From assembly GCA_951406725.2 (NCBI GenBank), contig OX597831.1:29574001-29638000 (forward strand): a DNA stretch of 64,000 nucleotides. The letters run 5' to 3'. The notes beneath the pieces are model-generated. The model saw nothing but the letters and a program-made list of their open reading frames with translations. It ran no database searches and was not told where the DNA came from. The position numbers were made by a program, and so were the translations under genes. This document shows, in pieces, positions 53,601 to 64,000 of this stretch (position 1 is its first letter; each line of letters opens with the position of its first letter). Origin of the DNA: Octopus vulgaris. Lineage: Eukaryota.

Positions 53601-54894
53601 CGTGGTCTGATCAATAAGTATCCGGACTGTTGCAATAGTAACAAAACTAAAGCTCGTAGAGTGAAGCCATTTGGAAAACACTAACCCTAGATTCTGCTGT
53701 GCATGCACACTAAGTTTTAACACTCTAGCTCACTTCCACTGTTTACAGCAGTGCTTGGAAGGAACGTGTGTAGCGATTGATCATCGCAATGACCATGACA
53801 GAGGCGGCTGAGCAGGGAATCTGCATCGAATTTTGCTAAAAGCTTGGCGATACCTGCTCAGAGGCCAAAGCAAAGTTTTCAAAAAGTTTTCATCGTTCTC
53901 AACACAGGAGTGGCTGTGTGGTAAGTAGCTTGCTAACCAACCACATGGTTCCGGGTTCAGTCCCACTGCGTGGCATCTTGGGCAAGTGTCTTCTGCTATA
54001 GCCCCGGGCCGACCAGTGCCTTGTGAGTGGATTTGGTAGACGGAAACTGAAAGAAGCTTGTCGTATATATGTATATATATATATATGTATGTGTGCTTTT
54101 GTGTGTCTGTGTTTGTCCCCCTAGCATTGCTTGACAACCGATGCTGGTGTGTTTGTGTCCCCGTTACCTAGCGGTTCGGCAAAAGAGACCGATAGAATAA
54201 GTACTGGGCTTACAAAAGAATAAGTCCCGGGGTCGATTTGCTCGATTAAAGGCGGTGCTCCAGCATGGCCGCAGTCAAATGACTGAAACAAGTAAAAGAG
54301 TAAAGAGAGTCAAGGAGATTTTGTGCAATTGAAACCCGACTGTCTTTTTGATCAGCTGAAAGCAGTTTTGGCACAAACTTGGCAGACAGGCTTCTCATAT
54401 CCAAATCTTCAGTGATAATGGACTGAACTGAACCGTAACTAATCTGCGCATCCTGTGATAACTCACGGATGGCGATTCAATGATCTCCCTTCACAGCTGC
54501 ACGAACATCTGCGATGATTTTCTGTTCTGCTGATTTCGGGCTTCCCAGAACATTCGTCACTATCGACATTTTTCAGCCATCTTCGAAACTTCTGAACCAC
54601 TCGTAAACTTGAGCGCGGCTCATTCACTCCTCTCCATACACTTTCTGCTACATTGCGTAGGCGCCTGAGCAGGTATCGCTGTGCCAACTTTCTCTGTCAT
54701 GGTCAATGCGATGATCACACGTTACACACCTTCCTTCCAAGCATTTCTGTAAACAGCAGAAGAGAGCTAGGACTATAAAACTCAGTGCGCATGCACAGCA
54801 GAGTTGACGGATCATCTTTGTCAAGCGACATTCTTCTGCCTGCTTTAGCTTCGTTACTGTGGCAACAGTCCGAATATTTATTGATCCGACCTGT
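53601..54894. mobile_element. Mariner relic built from two facing 5' ends, with a SINE type A (53905-54310) at the junction
   Basis: TIRs GGTCTGATCAATAAGTATCCGGACTG and CAGTCCGAATATTTATTGATCCGACC, with TA flanks. The plus strand gives EQGICIEFC*KLG. The minus strand gives MSRAQVYEWF...SAKFVPKLL. Confidence 0.8.
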
Positions 54895-54953
54895 TATATA
54901 CAATAAGAAAATGAGATGATAAAGGAATAAACAATCATCTTATGAACTTCATT

Positions 54954-55034
54954 GGCTTACTGCTGTTTCTGCTATGAGAGGCAGTGGACTCATAGTTGAG
55001 TGCCTAAATAACACCTTACAGCTTCATCGGAGCC
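54954..55034 (-). ncRNA. Hammerhead-like motif with long stem II insert
   Basis: GGCT-CCGATGA-A-GCT...AGC-A-GAAA-CAGCAG-TA-AGCC. A related 3' half with perfect CAGCTG lies at about 58622-58638. Confidence 0.55.
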
Positions 55035-55224
55035 TAGAAAAAAAGCATTCCCAGTGAAACAGTCAATGCGAGTAAAACACAAAAACTCCCATCCGGAAGT
55101 GTTCTAACAACGATATATATGTATGTATGTATGTATGTGTGTGTGTGTGTATGAGTGCGTTTGTGTGTATGTGTGTGTATACGTACATATTATACATCTA
55201 AGTGGGGGGAGGCGTACAAATTAT

Positions 55225-56170
55225 TGATTTCAAATTTTGACACAAGGCCAGCAATTTCGGGGCCGGTGGGGATTAGTCGATTACATCGACCCCAGTGTCC
55301 AACTGCTACTTGTTTTATCGAGCTCCGAAAAGATGAAAGGCAAAAATCGATCTCGGTGGAATTTGAACGCAAAAACGTGAAGACCGACGAAATGCCGCTA
55401 AGCATTTTGCCTGACGTGTTAACGATTCTGCCAGCTCATCGCCTTTTTAATAATAATAATAATAGTTTCAAATTTTGCCACAGGGGCAGCCATTTTGGGG
55501 GAGGAGGTGTCGATTACACTGACCCCATTGCCAGCTCGCCACCTTAATGATAATCCTTCCTACTATAGGCAGAAGGCCTGAAAATTTTGGAGCGGGGACT
55601 AGTCGATAACATTGACCCAAGTACTCAACTGGTTCTTAGTTTATCGACCTCGAAAGGATGAAAGGCAAAGTCGACTTCGGTGGAATTTGATCTCGGAACG
55701 TAAAAGCGGATGAAATGCCGCCAAGCATTTCGCTCGGCGTGCTAATGATTCTGCCAGCTCGCCGCATTTATATTCTTTTCTACTCTAGGTACAAGGCCCG
55801 AAATTTGGGGGGAGGGGGGGGCAGTCGATTAGATCGACCCCAGTACGCAACTAGTACTTAATTTATCGATATCGAAAGGATGAAAGGCAAAGTCGACCTC
55901 GGAAGAATTTGAACTCAGAACGTAAAGACAGACGAAATACTTATTTCTTTACTACCCACAAGGGGCTAAACACAGAGAGGACAAACAAGGACAGACAAAG
56001 GGATTAAGTCGATTATATCGACCCCAGTGCGTAACTGGTACTTATTTAATCGACCCCGAAAGGATGAAAGGCAAAGTCGACCTCGGCGGAATTTGAACTC
56101 AGAACATAAAGACAGACGAAATACTGCTAAGCATTTCGCCCGGCGTGCTAATTATTCTGCCATCTCGCCG
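55225..56170 (-). mobile_element. Tandem array of SINE type B units
   Basis: Four to five head-to-tail units with two tail types. Confidence 0.85.
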
Positions 56171-56810
56171 TCTATGTATCGATGAGGTTAGCAGCGTTGG
56201 TGATAGGTAAGGTGTTGCTATGGTTGGGTGGTTTTCCTATCGATGAAGGTCATTTGCGTGCGTTGGGTGTTGATGGTGGTGGCGGTGGTGGTGGCGATAG
56301 CGACATTGGTGGAGCTGTCAGCGTCGGCGGCGGCAGCACTAGTGTTGGCTGTGCCTGTGACGAAACACACACATACAAAACAGCACCACCACCACCAACA
56401 CCACCACCACCTACACCAACAATAACTGTATCCTCTCTAACAATACACTCACACAGAGTCTCACTGTAACAACTGGCATCTTCCTCATATATATTTTATT
56501 GATTTTTCTCTCCTGGCGCCGCCGTCGAACAGCGCTGCTGCCGCCACCATTACCACTAACCGCTTCCCTCTTCTCCCACCTCGTCAACTAGCCGCAGTAT
56601 TACGTCACAGCTGGCTCAGCGTATAACATCGATTACGACGATATTATGCAGAACAGCTATTTTCTGCTTACCACATACAACTGTCGCTGCTTGTGTCTCT
56701 GCCTATATACGCGTATACATACATACATACATACATACATACATACATACATACATACATACATACATACATGCATACATACATGCATACATACATACAT
56801 ACACACACAC

Positions 56811-56852
<42 letters not shown>

Positions 56853-57113
56853 GGATGTATATATGTGTGTGTGTGCGCGTGTAGATATATAATATGTATC
56901 TGTGTGATTCGTTGTCCGTGTGCCAAAATAATATATATATATATGTGAGCGCGAGCGCGCGCGTGTGTGTAGATCAGTGTGTAGACCTCAGCTGTATAAT
57001 ATTATTCATGTGCGCGTGCACGTATGCATACACTCACACACACGCAGATACATGTATATCATATACATATGTGTTCCTTTATATGTGTGCAGATGTATAT
57101 GTATGTGGCGTGT

Positions 57114-57176
<63 letters not shown>

Positions 57177-57524
57177 AGTGTGTGTGTATGCTATATTTAA
57201 TGAAATCCACCGAAGTCTAAATCGATGAGAAACATTTTATGAGATATAGATAGAACAGCTCTCTATATTTGGGTTACATGTATACATATATATGCTTATG
57301 TGTGTGTATGTGCGCGTGTGTGTCTCTGTGTGTGTTGTGTATGTATGCATATATACACACATATATATATATATACGTATATGTGTATATATATATATAT
57401 ATACAAAAGTACATACTGACATACATACATACTGACATACATACATACATACATATATACATGTATACATGTATATATATATATATAGATATATATATAT
57501 ATATATATATATACTCTTTTATTT

Positions 57525-57749
57525 TTACTCTTTTACTTGTTTCAGTCACTTGACTGCGGCTATGCTGGAGCACCACATTTAGTCGAGCAAATCGACCCCC
57601 GGACTTATTCTTTGCAAGCCTAGTACTTATTCTATCGGACTCTTTTGCCGAACCGCTAAGTTACGTGGACGCAAACACACCAGCATCGGTTGTCAAGCGA
57701 TGTTGGGGGAACAAACACAAACACAGAAACATATACACACACACACACA

Positions 57750-57799
<50 letters not shown>

Positions 57800-57960
57800 T
57801 ATACGACGGGCTTCTTTCAGTTTCCGTCTACCAAGTCCACTCACAAGGCTTTGGTCGGCCCGAGGCTATAGTAGAAGACATTTGCTCAAGGTGCCACGCA
57901 GTGGGAATGAACCCGGAACCATGTGTTTGGTAAGCAAGCTACTTACCACACGGTCACTCC
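57525..57960 (-). mobile_element. SINE type A
   Basis: Full-length match to other copies. Confidence 0.88.
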
Positions 57961-58042
57961 AAAAACAAAAGACGAAGACAGGTGTATGAACAACAAGCAA
58001 GTGTATTGGTTTCCCAGCCGGGAAAATGAAAGTTTTTTACGG

Positions 58043-58085
<43 letters not shown>

Positions 58086-58091
<6 letters not shown>

Positions 58092-58455
58092 TAGAGACTG
58101 ATCACTAAAAGTGGACAGCCTGTATGCTAGATATAGACGTCAAAATCGCCAGTGGTCAGTCCTCTAAATCTTGTATGTAAAAAATTTTTAATCTTCGGAT
58201 TTTTAAAATTATGCTAGGCCACTGGTTTTAAGTGATTAATATCAATTTCTACCCTTATTTAATTTTATATATATATGTCTTTTCTCTCCTTGTTTCTCTC
58301 CTTGTTTTTTTCTGTGTATCTTTCTGTCGAAGAGCGGAGGCTCGAAACGTAAAAGACTTGTTCTATTTCTATTCCTGAGCGCCATACTAATACATTTGTT
58401 TGTTTGTACTCCACCTTCCTTCGTCTTTTGTTTATTTTCGCAAACCTTCCCGTTA
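58086..58455. mobile_element. Two adjacent Penelope-like repeat fragments separated by (TA)n
   Basis: 58086-58268 is the 44545 family, internally inverted. 58277-58455 has TCTTT-CTGTCGA-A-GAGC-GGAG-GCTC-GAAA-CG-TA-AAAGA. Confidence 0.65.
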
Positions 58456-58493
58456 TATATATATATAGATATAGATACACGCACGCACACACA

Positions 58494-58554
<61 letters not shown>

Positions 58555-58826
58555 ATATATATAAAAGAAACAAGTTAGAAATAATGGTCATTTCATATTT
58601 TTCCTTTATTGGATTAAATGTGGCTTACAGCTGTTTCCAGTAATCATTATAGGTACATTAGCGATAGGTTTACGCAGCTGGTCTATTGATCAATTGGGGG
58701 AAATTGAACGAATGTAAGAAAATTAATGCTACTTTTATCTGTGCCATTTGTAGTCATAACAAGCAAAGCACTGTAGGAATGGATATTGTATGGGGAAGGC
58801 AGGAAATATATACTCACGCATGTGCG

Positions 58827-58876
<50 letters not shown>

Positions 58877-58988
58877 TGTGTGTGTGTGTGTATGTATGTG
58901 TGTGTGTGTATGTATGCGTGTATGTGTGTGTGTATGTGTGTGTGTGTGTATGTATGCGTGTGTGTGTGTGTATCTGTGTGTGTGTATA

Positions 58989-59026
<38 letters not shown>

Positions 59027-59034
59027 TGTGTATG

Positions 59035-59095
<61 letters not shown>

Positions 59096-59875
59096 ATCGA
59101 GAAGCTAAAGGTATTCTGTTCCGTGTGTTTGATATCTTCGATAGTTATATGTTGACAATGAATCTAGAAAATATTAAAATTCCAACGACGGGGTACCAAT
59201 TATTATCATTATACCTTTTAAACCCGGATTATCCAAGACCAGTCGGAGTATACCCAGTGCGGTTTCAGAACTATCAGATCTTCTGCATAAGATGTCTGGA
59301 CGTCAAGAATTTCGTTGAATTCAATGATGTTGACCTTTCAGATCAATAACATCGAATTCCTTTCATTTCCTTATCATCTGATGGATTGGATTATTTCCTG
59401 CCAGACACTTCCACTGCGCATCGTATCTCTATATGTGACCCCCTCTCTCTATATATATATCTATATCTATCTATCTATCTCTCTATCTATCACGTTCTCC
59501 ACTTCTCTCTCCCCTTCTCTTCTAGTCGTCGTCGTCGTCGTCGTTATCTTCCTCTTCCTCCTTCTTCTCTCTCTGTGGTTTGATTAAATTTGTTCTAATG
59601 TAATTCACAGTTAAGAATCTGGCTGCGGTTAAGAATCTGGCTTCGCACCTACCTGGTTTAGGGTTCAGTCCCATGGTGCGACATCTTGGGCAAATGTCTT
59701 CTTATTATATCCCTGGGAAAATCAATACCTTGTTAGTGAATTTGGTAGACGGAAATGTGAGGAATCCCATATGTAGGTGATACGCAAACGTGTTCGTATA
59801 AACTTGCCTTCAGACTATAAGTAGAAATTCGTGACAATAAAAGTTTTCTGTAGCAAATATATTAAAGCATATATA

Positions 59876-60069
59876 GGTGCAGGTGTAGCTGTGTGTTAAG
59901 AAGCTTGCTTCCTAACCACATGGTGCCTGGTTGAGTCCCACTGCGTGGCACCTTGGGCAGCTGCTTTCTACTATAGCCACGGTCCCTTGTGAGTTGATTT
60001 AGCCTTGTGAATGGATTTAGTAGACAGAAACTGAAAGAAGCTCGTCGTATATATATATATATATATATG

Positions 60070-60118
<49 letters not shown>

Positions 60119-60350
60119 ATATATTTGTGTGTGTGTGTATGTCTGTGTGTCTACCCGCGTCATCGCTTGACAACCGATGCTGGTGTTTAGGTCCCCATAA
60201 ACCAGCGGTTCGGTTAAAGGTAACGATAGAATAAATACTAGGCTTACAAAGAATAAGTCCTGGAGTCGATTTCTTTGACTAAACCCCTTTAAGGCGGTGC
60301 TCCAGTATGGCCACAATCAAATGACTGAAACTAGTGAAAGAATAAAGGAA
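59876..60350 (+). mobile_element. SINE type A, diverged
   Basis: Head, internal microsatellite and tail are present. Confidence 0.8.
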
Positions 60351-61207
60351 ATATATAGGACTCTGATAACCTGGCGTTCGATAGTATGATTCGCCTTGAG
60401 ACTATAGTTGTTTATATAACACAAGAATATAGCGTTACTCACGAGTTCGAATGATGGTGAAACAATTGTAAGTAGATGTAATAAAACGATTTTTTCACTC
60501 CACTCTCCTTGTTAATAATTGTAATAATTCTACGAATGTTATGGATTTTCATAAATGGGAGACTGCAACAATTCCCCTTCCGATTTATAGTCATATCCGA
60601 TAACCTGGACCTGTTTAAAAGTGTTAACTCCGGGGTTAAGACCCAAGTGAAATTGCTACACATACATACATACATACATACATACATACATACATACATA
60701 CATACACACACACATACATACATACATACATACATACATACATACATACATACATACATACATACATACATACATACATACATACATACATACATACATA
60801 CATACATACATGCTTACACACAGTACACACACATACACACATACATGGGGATGCTTAGTGCGGATAGAATAAGTACCAAACTTTTAAAAAATAAGTCCTG
60901 GGTCGATCTGTTCGACTAAATCCCTTCCAGTAGGTGCCCCAGCGAGGCCGCAGTCCAGTGATTGAAAGAAGAGATAAAAGATGTTAACATAGGTCTATGA
61001 ATGTATTTGTATGTGTGTTTGTATGTGTGTGTGTGTGTGTGTGCATATGTGTGTGAGTGTGTGCATATGTGTGTGTGTGTGTGTGTGTGTTTTTGCATAT
61101 GTGTGTGAGTGTGTGTGTTTGTGCGGGAGAGAGTGTGAATGCGTATCTACAATGAGTAGTGTCTGAGGATATGTACATTTGTGACTGAGTCTCTGTGTGT
61201 GTGTGTG

Positions 61208-61275
<68 letters not shown>

Positions 61276-61809
61276 TGTCTATGTTTGTCCCCACCCTGCC
61301 ATTTGACAACCGGCGTTGGTGTGTTTATGTCTCTCATAACTTTGCAGTTCGGCAAACATAACCGATGGAGAAAATACAATGTTTAAAGAAAAAAGTGCTG
61401 GAGTCGATACAACTGACTACAAAATTTCTTCAAGGTAGTGCCCCAGCATGGCCGCAGTCTAATGACTGAAACAAGGAAAAAGATAAAAAGTAAACTTTAA
61501 TTAACTAAGGTGAAATTATAACCAGAAAATAACTCTTACTAACAGTAGCACATTACCTAGCTACCATATTTTCTGTTTTGCAGTATTTTTGGACTTAATG
61601 ATCATCATTTGAGACAATGATCCGAATGGAATTATAATTCGGATTAATATTTTTTTTCATTTCCTGGTCGTTGATCACGTGGTCTATAGACTATTCTTGC
61701 AGTCAGACATAAAGTCGCCATTGTTGTACCATGTGTTTTGTTTTTTACGAAAATAACTAAATTAGTGAATGTATGTATGTATTATGTATGTTAGTATATA
61801 TGTACGCTT

Positions 61810-62080
<271 letters not shown>

Positions 62081-62544
62081 CTAGCTAGCTATCTGTATAT
62101 GTTTGTATGTATGTTTGTATATATGTACATATGTTTGTATGTATCTATGTATGTATGTATCTAGGTATTCGTGAATTTATGTGCACATGTATGTAACTAC
62201 GTATATATGTAATGTGTATGTGTGTGTGTATAAACAGACAGATAGGCAGACGGATGAACAAACAGACAGACAGACAGACAGACTGACAGATATGGACACA
62301 TATGCATACACGTCTGTCTGTCTGTCTTACGCAAGTATGCCATATACACATACAAATACATTCGTTCCCGGCAACACAAATGGAGAATTCCAGGATTGTT
62401 TAATATAACTTCCCTGCACCTCTAATCGGTTGTGCTTGGAGAATGCTTTCTTGGAATTACTCGGCATTTCGAGGCACAACCCAGGGCATGGCTATGAAGA
62501 ATCCCAAATTCCTTATTACTTCTCATAGTGCCCTGTTTTAGTCC

Positions 62545-63800
62545 TAGCAACATATAACAATATCTGGCCTGTTGTGCTTACACCGAGTTACTCTTTTACT
62601 CTTTTACTTGTTTCAGTCATTTGACTGCGGCCATGCTGGAGCACCGCCTTTAGTCGAGCAAATCGACCCCGGGACTTATTCTTTGTAAGCCCAGTACTTA
62701 TTCTATCGGTCTCTTTTGCCAAACCGCTAAGTAACGGGGACACAAACACACCAGCATCGGTTGTCAAGCAATGCTAGGGGGACAAACACAGACACACAAA
62801 CATATACACACACACTTATATATATATACATATATACGACAGGCTTCTTTCAGTTTCCGTCTACCAAATCCACTCACAAGGCATTGGTCGGCCCGGGGCT
62901 ATAGCAGAAGACACTTGCCCAAGATGCCACGCAGTGGGACTGAACCCGGAACCATGTGGTTGGTTAGCAAGCTACTTACCACACAGCCACTCCTGCGCCT
63001 TGTTTTTATCGGATCATTCCACCAATATTCTTTATTTTAAAGGTGTGAATTACGTTCTGCTTCTGGTGTGTCTTTCGTATCGCTATGAGGACAATCCTTC
63101 CTGTAGATACGATTGTAAGTAGTTTAAGCGACAATTTCATGTCCCACGCACATTTTCGGACAGCTGTTGATGATATGGGTAATATCTCCCATACTGATGT
63201 AGCGTAATCGATATTATATATGACAACGTGAAGGTCTTGAGGCATCCTTTTCTCTCTTACTGAAAAGGATGCTTTTTAGTAGCTCTTTCCTGTTCTTGGA
63301 TAACAAAAACATATCCTCCTAGATATGATGCGTTTACACAGGTCCAGGTGAGGCTGCTATTCCTGTCTATACTGTTGATATTCCCCAGTTTGCAGGATAT
63401 GTATCCATGCACAACATTTTGCCGCTATGACGAGTATTTCTCTTCCAATATCTTCTTAAGCAAATCATTCTAGCCACTCCTGACTCATAGGGAACAGCTG
63501 TAAACTCAGAGTACTTACTCGGGAGTTTTTCGCCTAAACTTACGATATTATTACCGTCACTGTTGAGTATACACATGATATACTCATTCCTCTCTGTTCC
63601 TGTTCAGTGGGTGTTGTCTAAGTGACATGATGCAGCTCTCAAAAGCCGTCTAGACTTATCGTATGCCTTTACCTTCATCCCTCCATTAACATCGGTCCTG
63701 TTAATATTTTCCTAGCCCTGACGTCCAAACTGCCTGATTTGTTCAAGTGTCCAGTCTAGTATCCCAAATGATGACATTAGCACTGGTACGACCATTTCCT
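62545..63800 (-). mobile_element. Decayed R4/Dong-like non-LTR retrotransposon (post-RT, zinc-knuckle and REL regions)
   Basis: Minus-strand pieces are WTLEQIRQ, VVHGY...IDRNSSLTW...GYVFVIQEQE, DITHIINSCPKM, NKEYWWNDPIKT and RCKHNRPDIVI, with stops and frameshifts. Confidence 0.75.
62589..63000 (-). mobile_element. SINE type A, full-length, nested in the R4-like relic
   Basis: Matches other copies and splits IKT from VTRCKHNRPD. Confidence 0.9.
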
Positions 63801-63869
63801 ATTACCACATGCCTTTGGGTTTGCGGCACCAGTTGCTTTCCGTCCTTATATCTGTCTGTACTAGGTGTG

Positions 63870-64000
63870 TGGAGGCGCAATGGCCCAGTGGTTAGGGTAG
63901 CGGACTCGCGGTCGTAGGATCGGGGTTTCGATTCCCAGACCGGGCGTTGTGAGTGTTTATTGAGCGAAAACACCTAAAGCTCCACGAGGCTCCGGCAGGG
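63870..64000 (+). mobile_element. SINE type C 5' end (runs off window)
   Basis: Near-identical to 24974-25104. Confidence 0.88.

Noticed and set aside
58786-59349. 187-aa ORF with a non-repetitive C-terminal half
   Set aside because: The N-terminal half is (TG)n and the remainder has no recognisable motif.

Overview
This is an AT-rich eukaryotic non-coding window, most likely from an octopus or other coleoid cephalopod, judged from the SINE repertoire. I can support no host protein-coding gene, rRNA, true tRNA or CRISPR array. Almost all ORF-track entries are microsatellite translations. The window is a mosaic of microsatellites, four tRNA-headed SINE types, decayed LINE fragments (RTE, Tx1/L1, R4/Dong-like), mariner relics, Helitron/Helentron non-autonomous elements and many short inverted repeats. 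The strongest signal is at 29393-30507, an exact 360-bp tandem unit plus an inverted arm. Each unit carries a type I hammerhead ribozyme with a palindromic stem III and a GUC site, which is the architecture of a non-LTR retrozyme that could release a 360-nt (circular) RNA. Several other repeat families carry intact or variant hammerhead folds, usually as inverted pairs abutting (TA)n, consistent with Penelope-like pseudo-LTRs. One of these is fused to a tRNA-like Pol III head. Coordinates were read by eye and may be off by a few bases.
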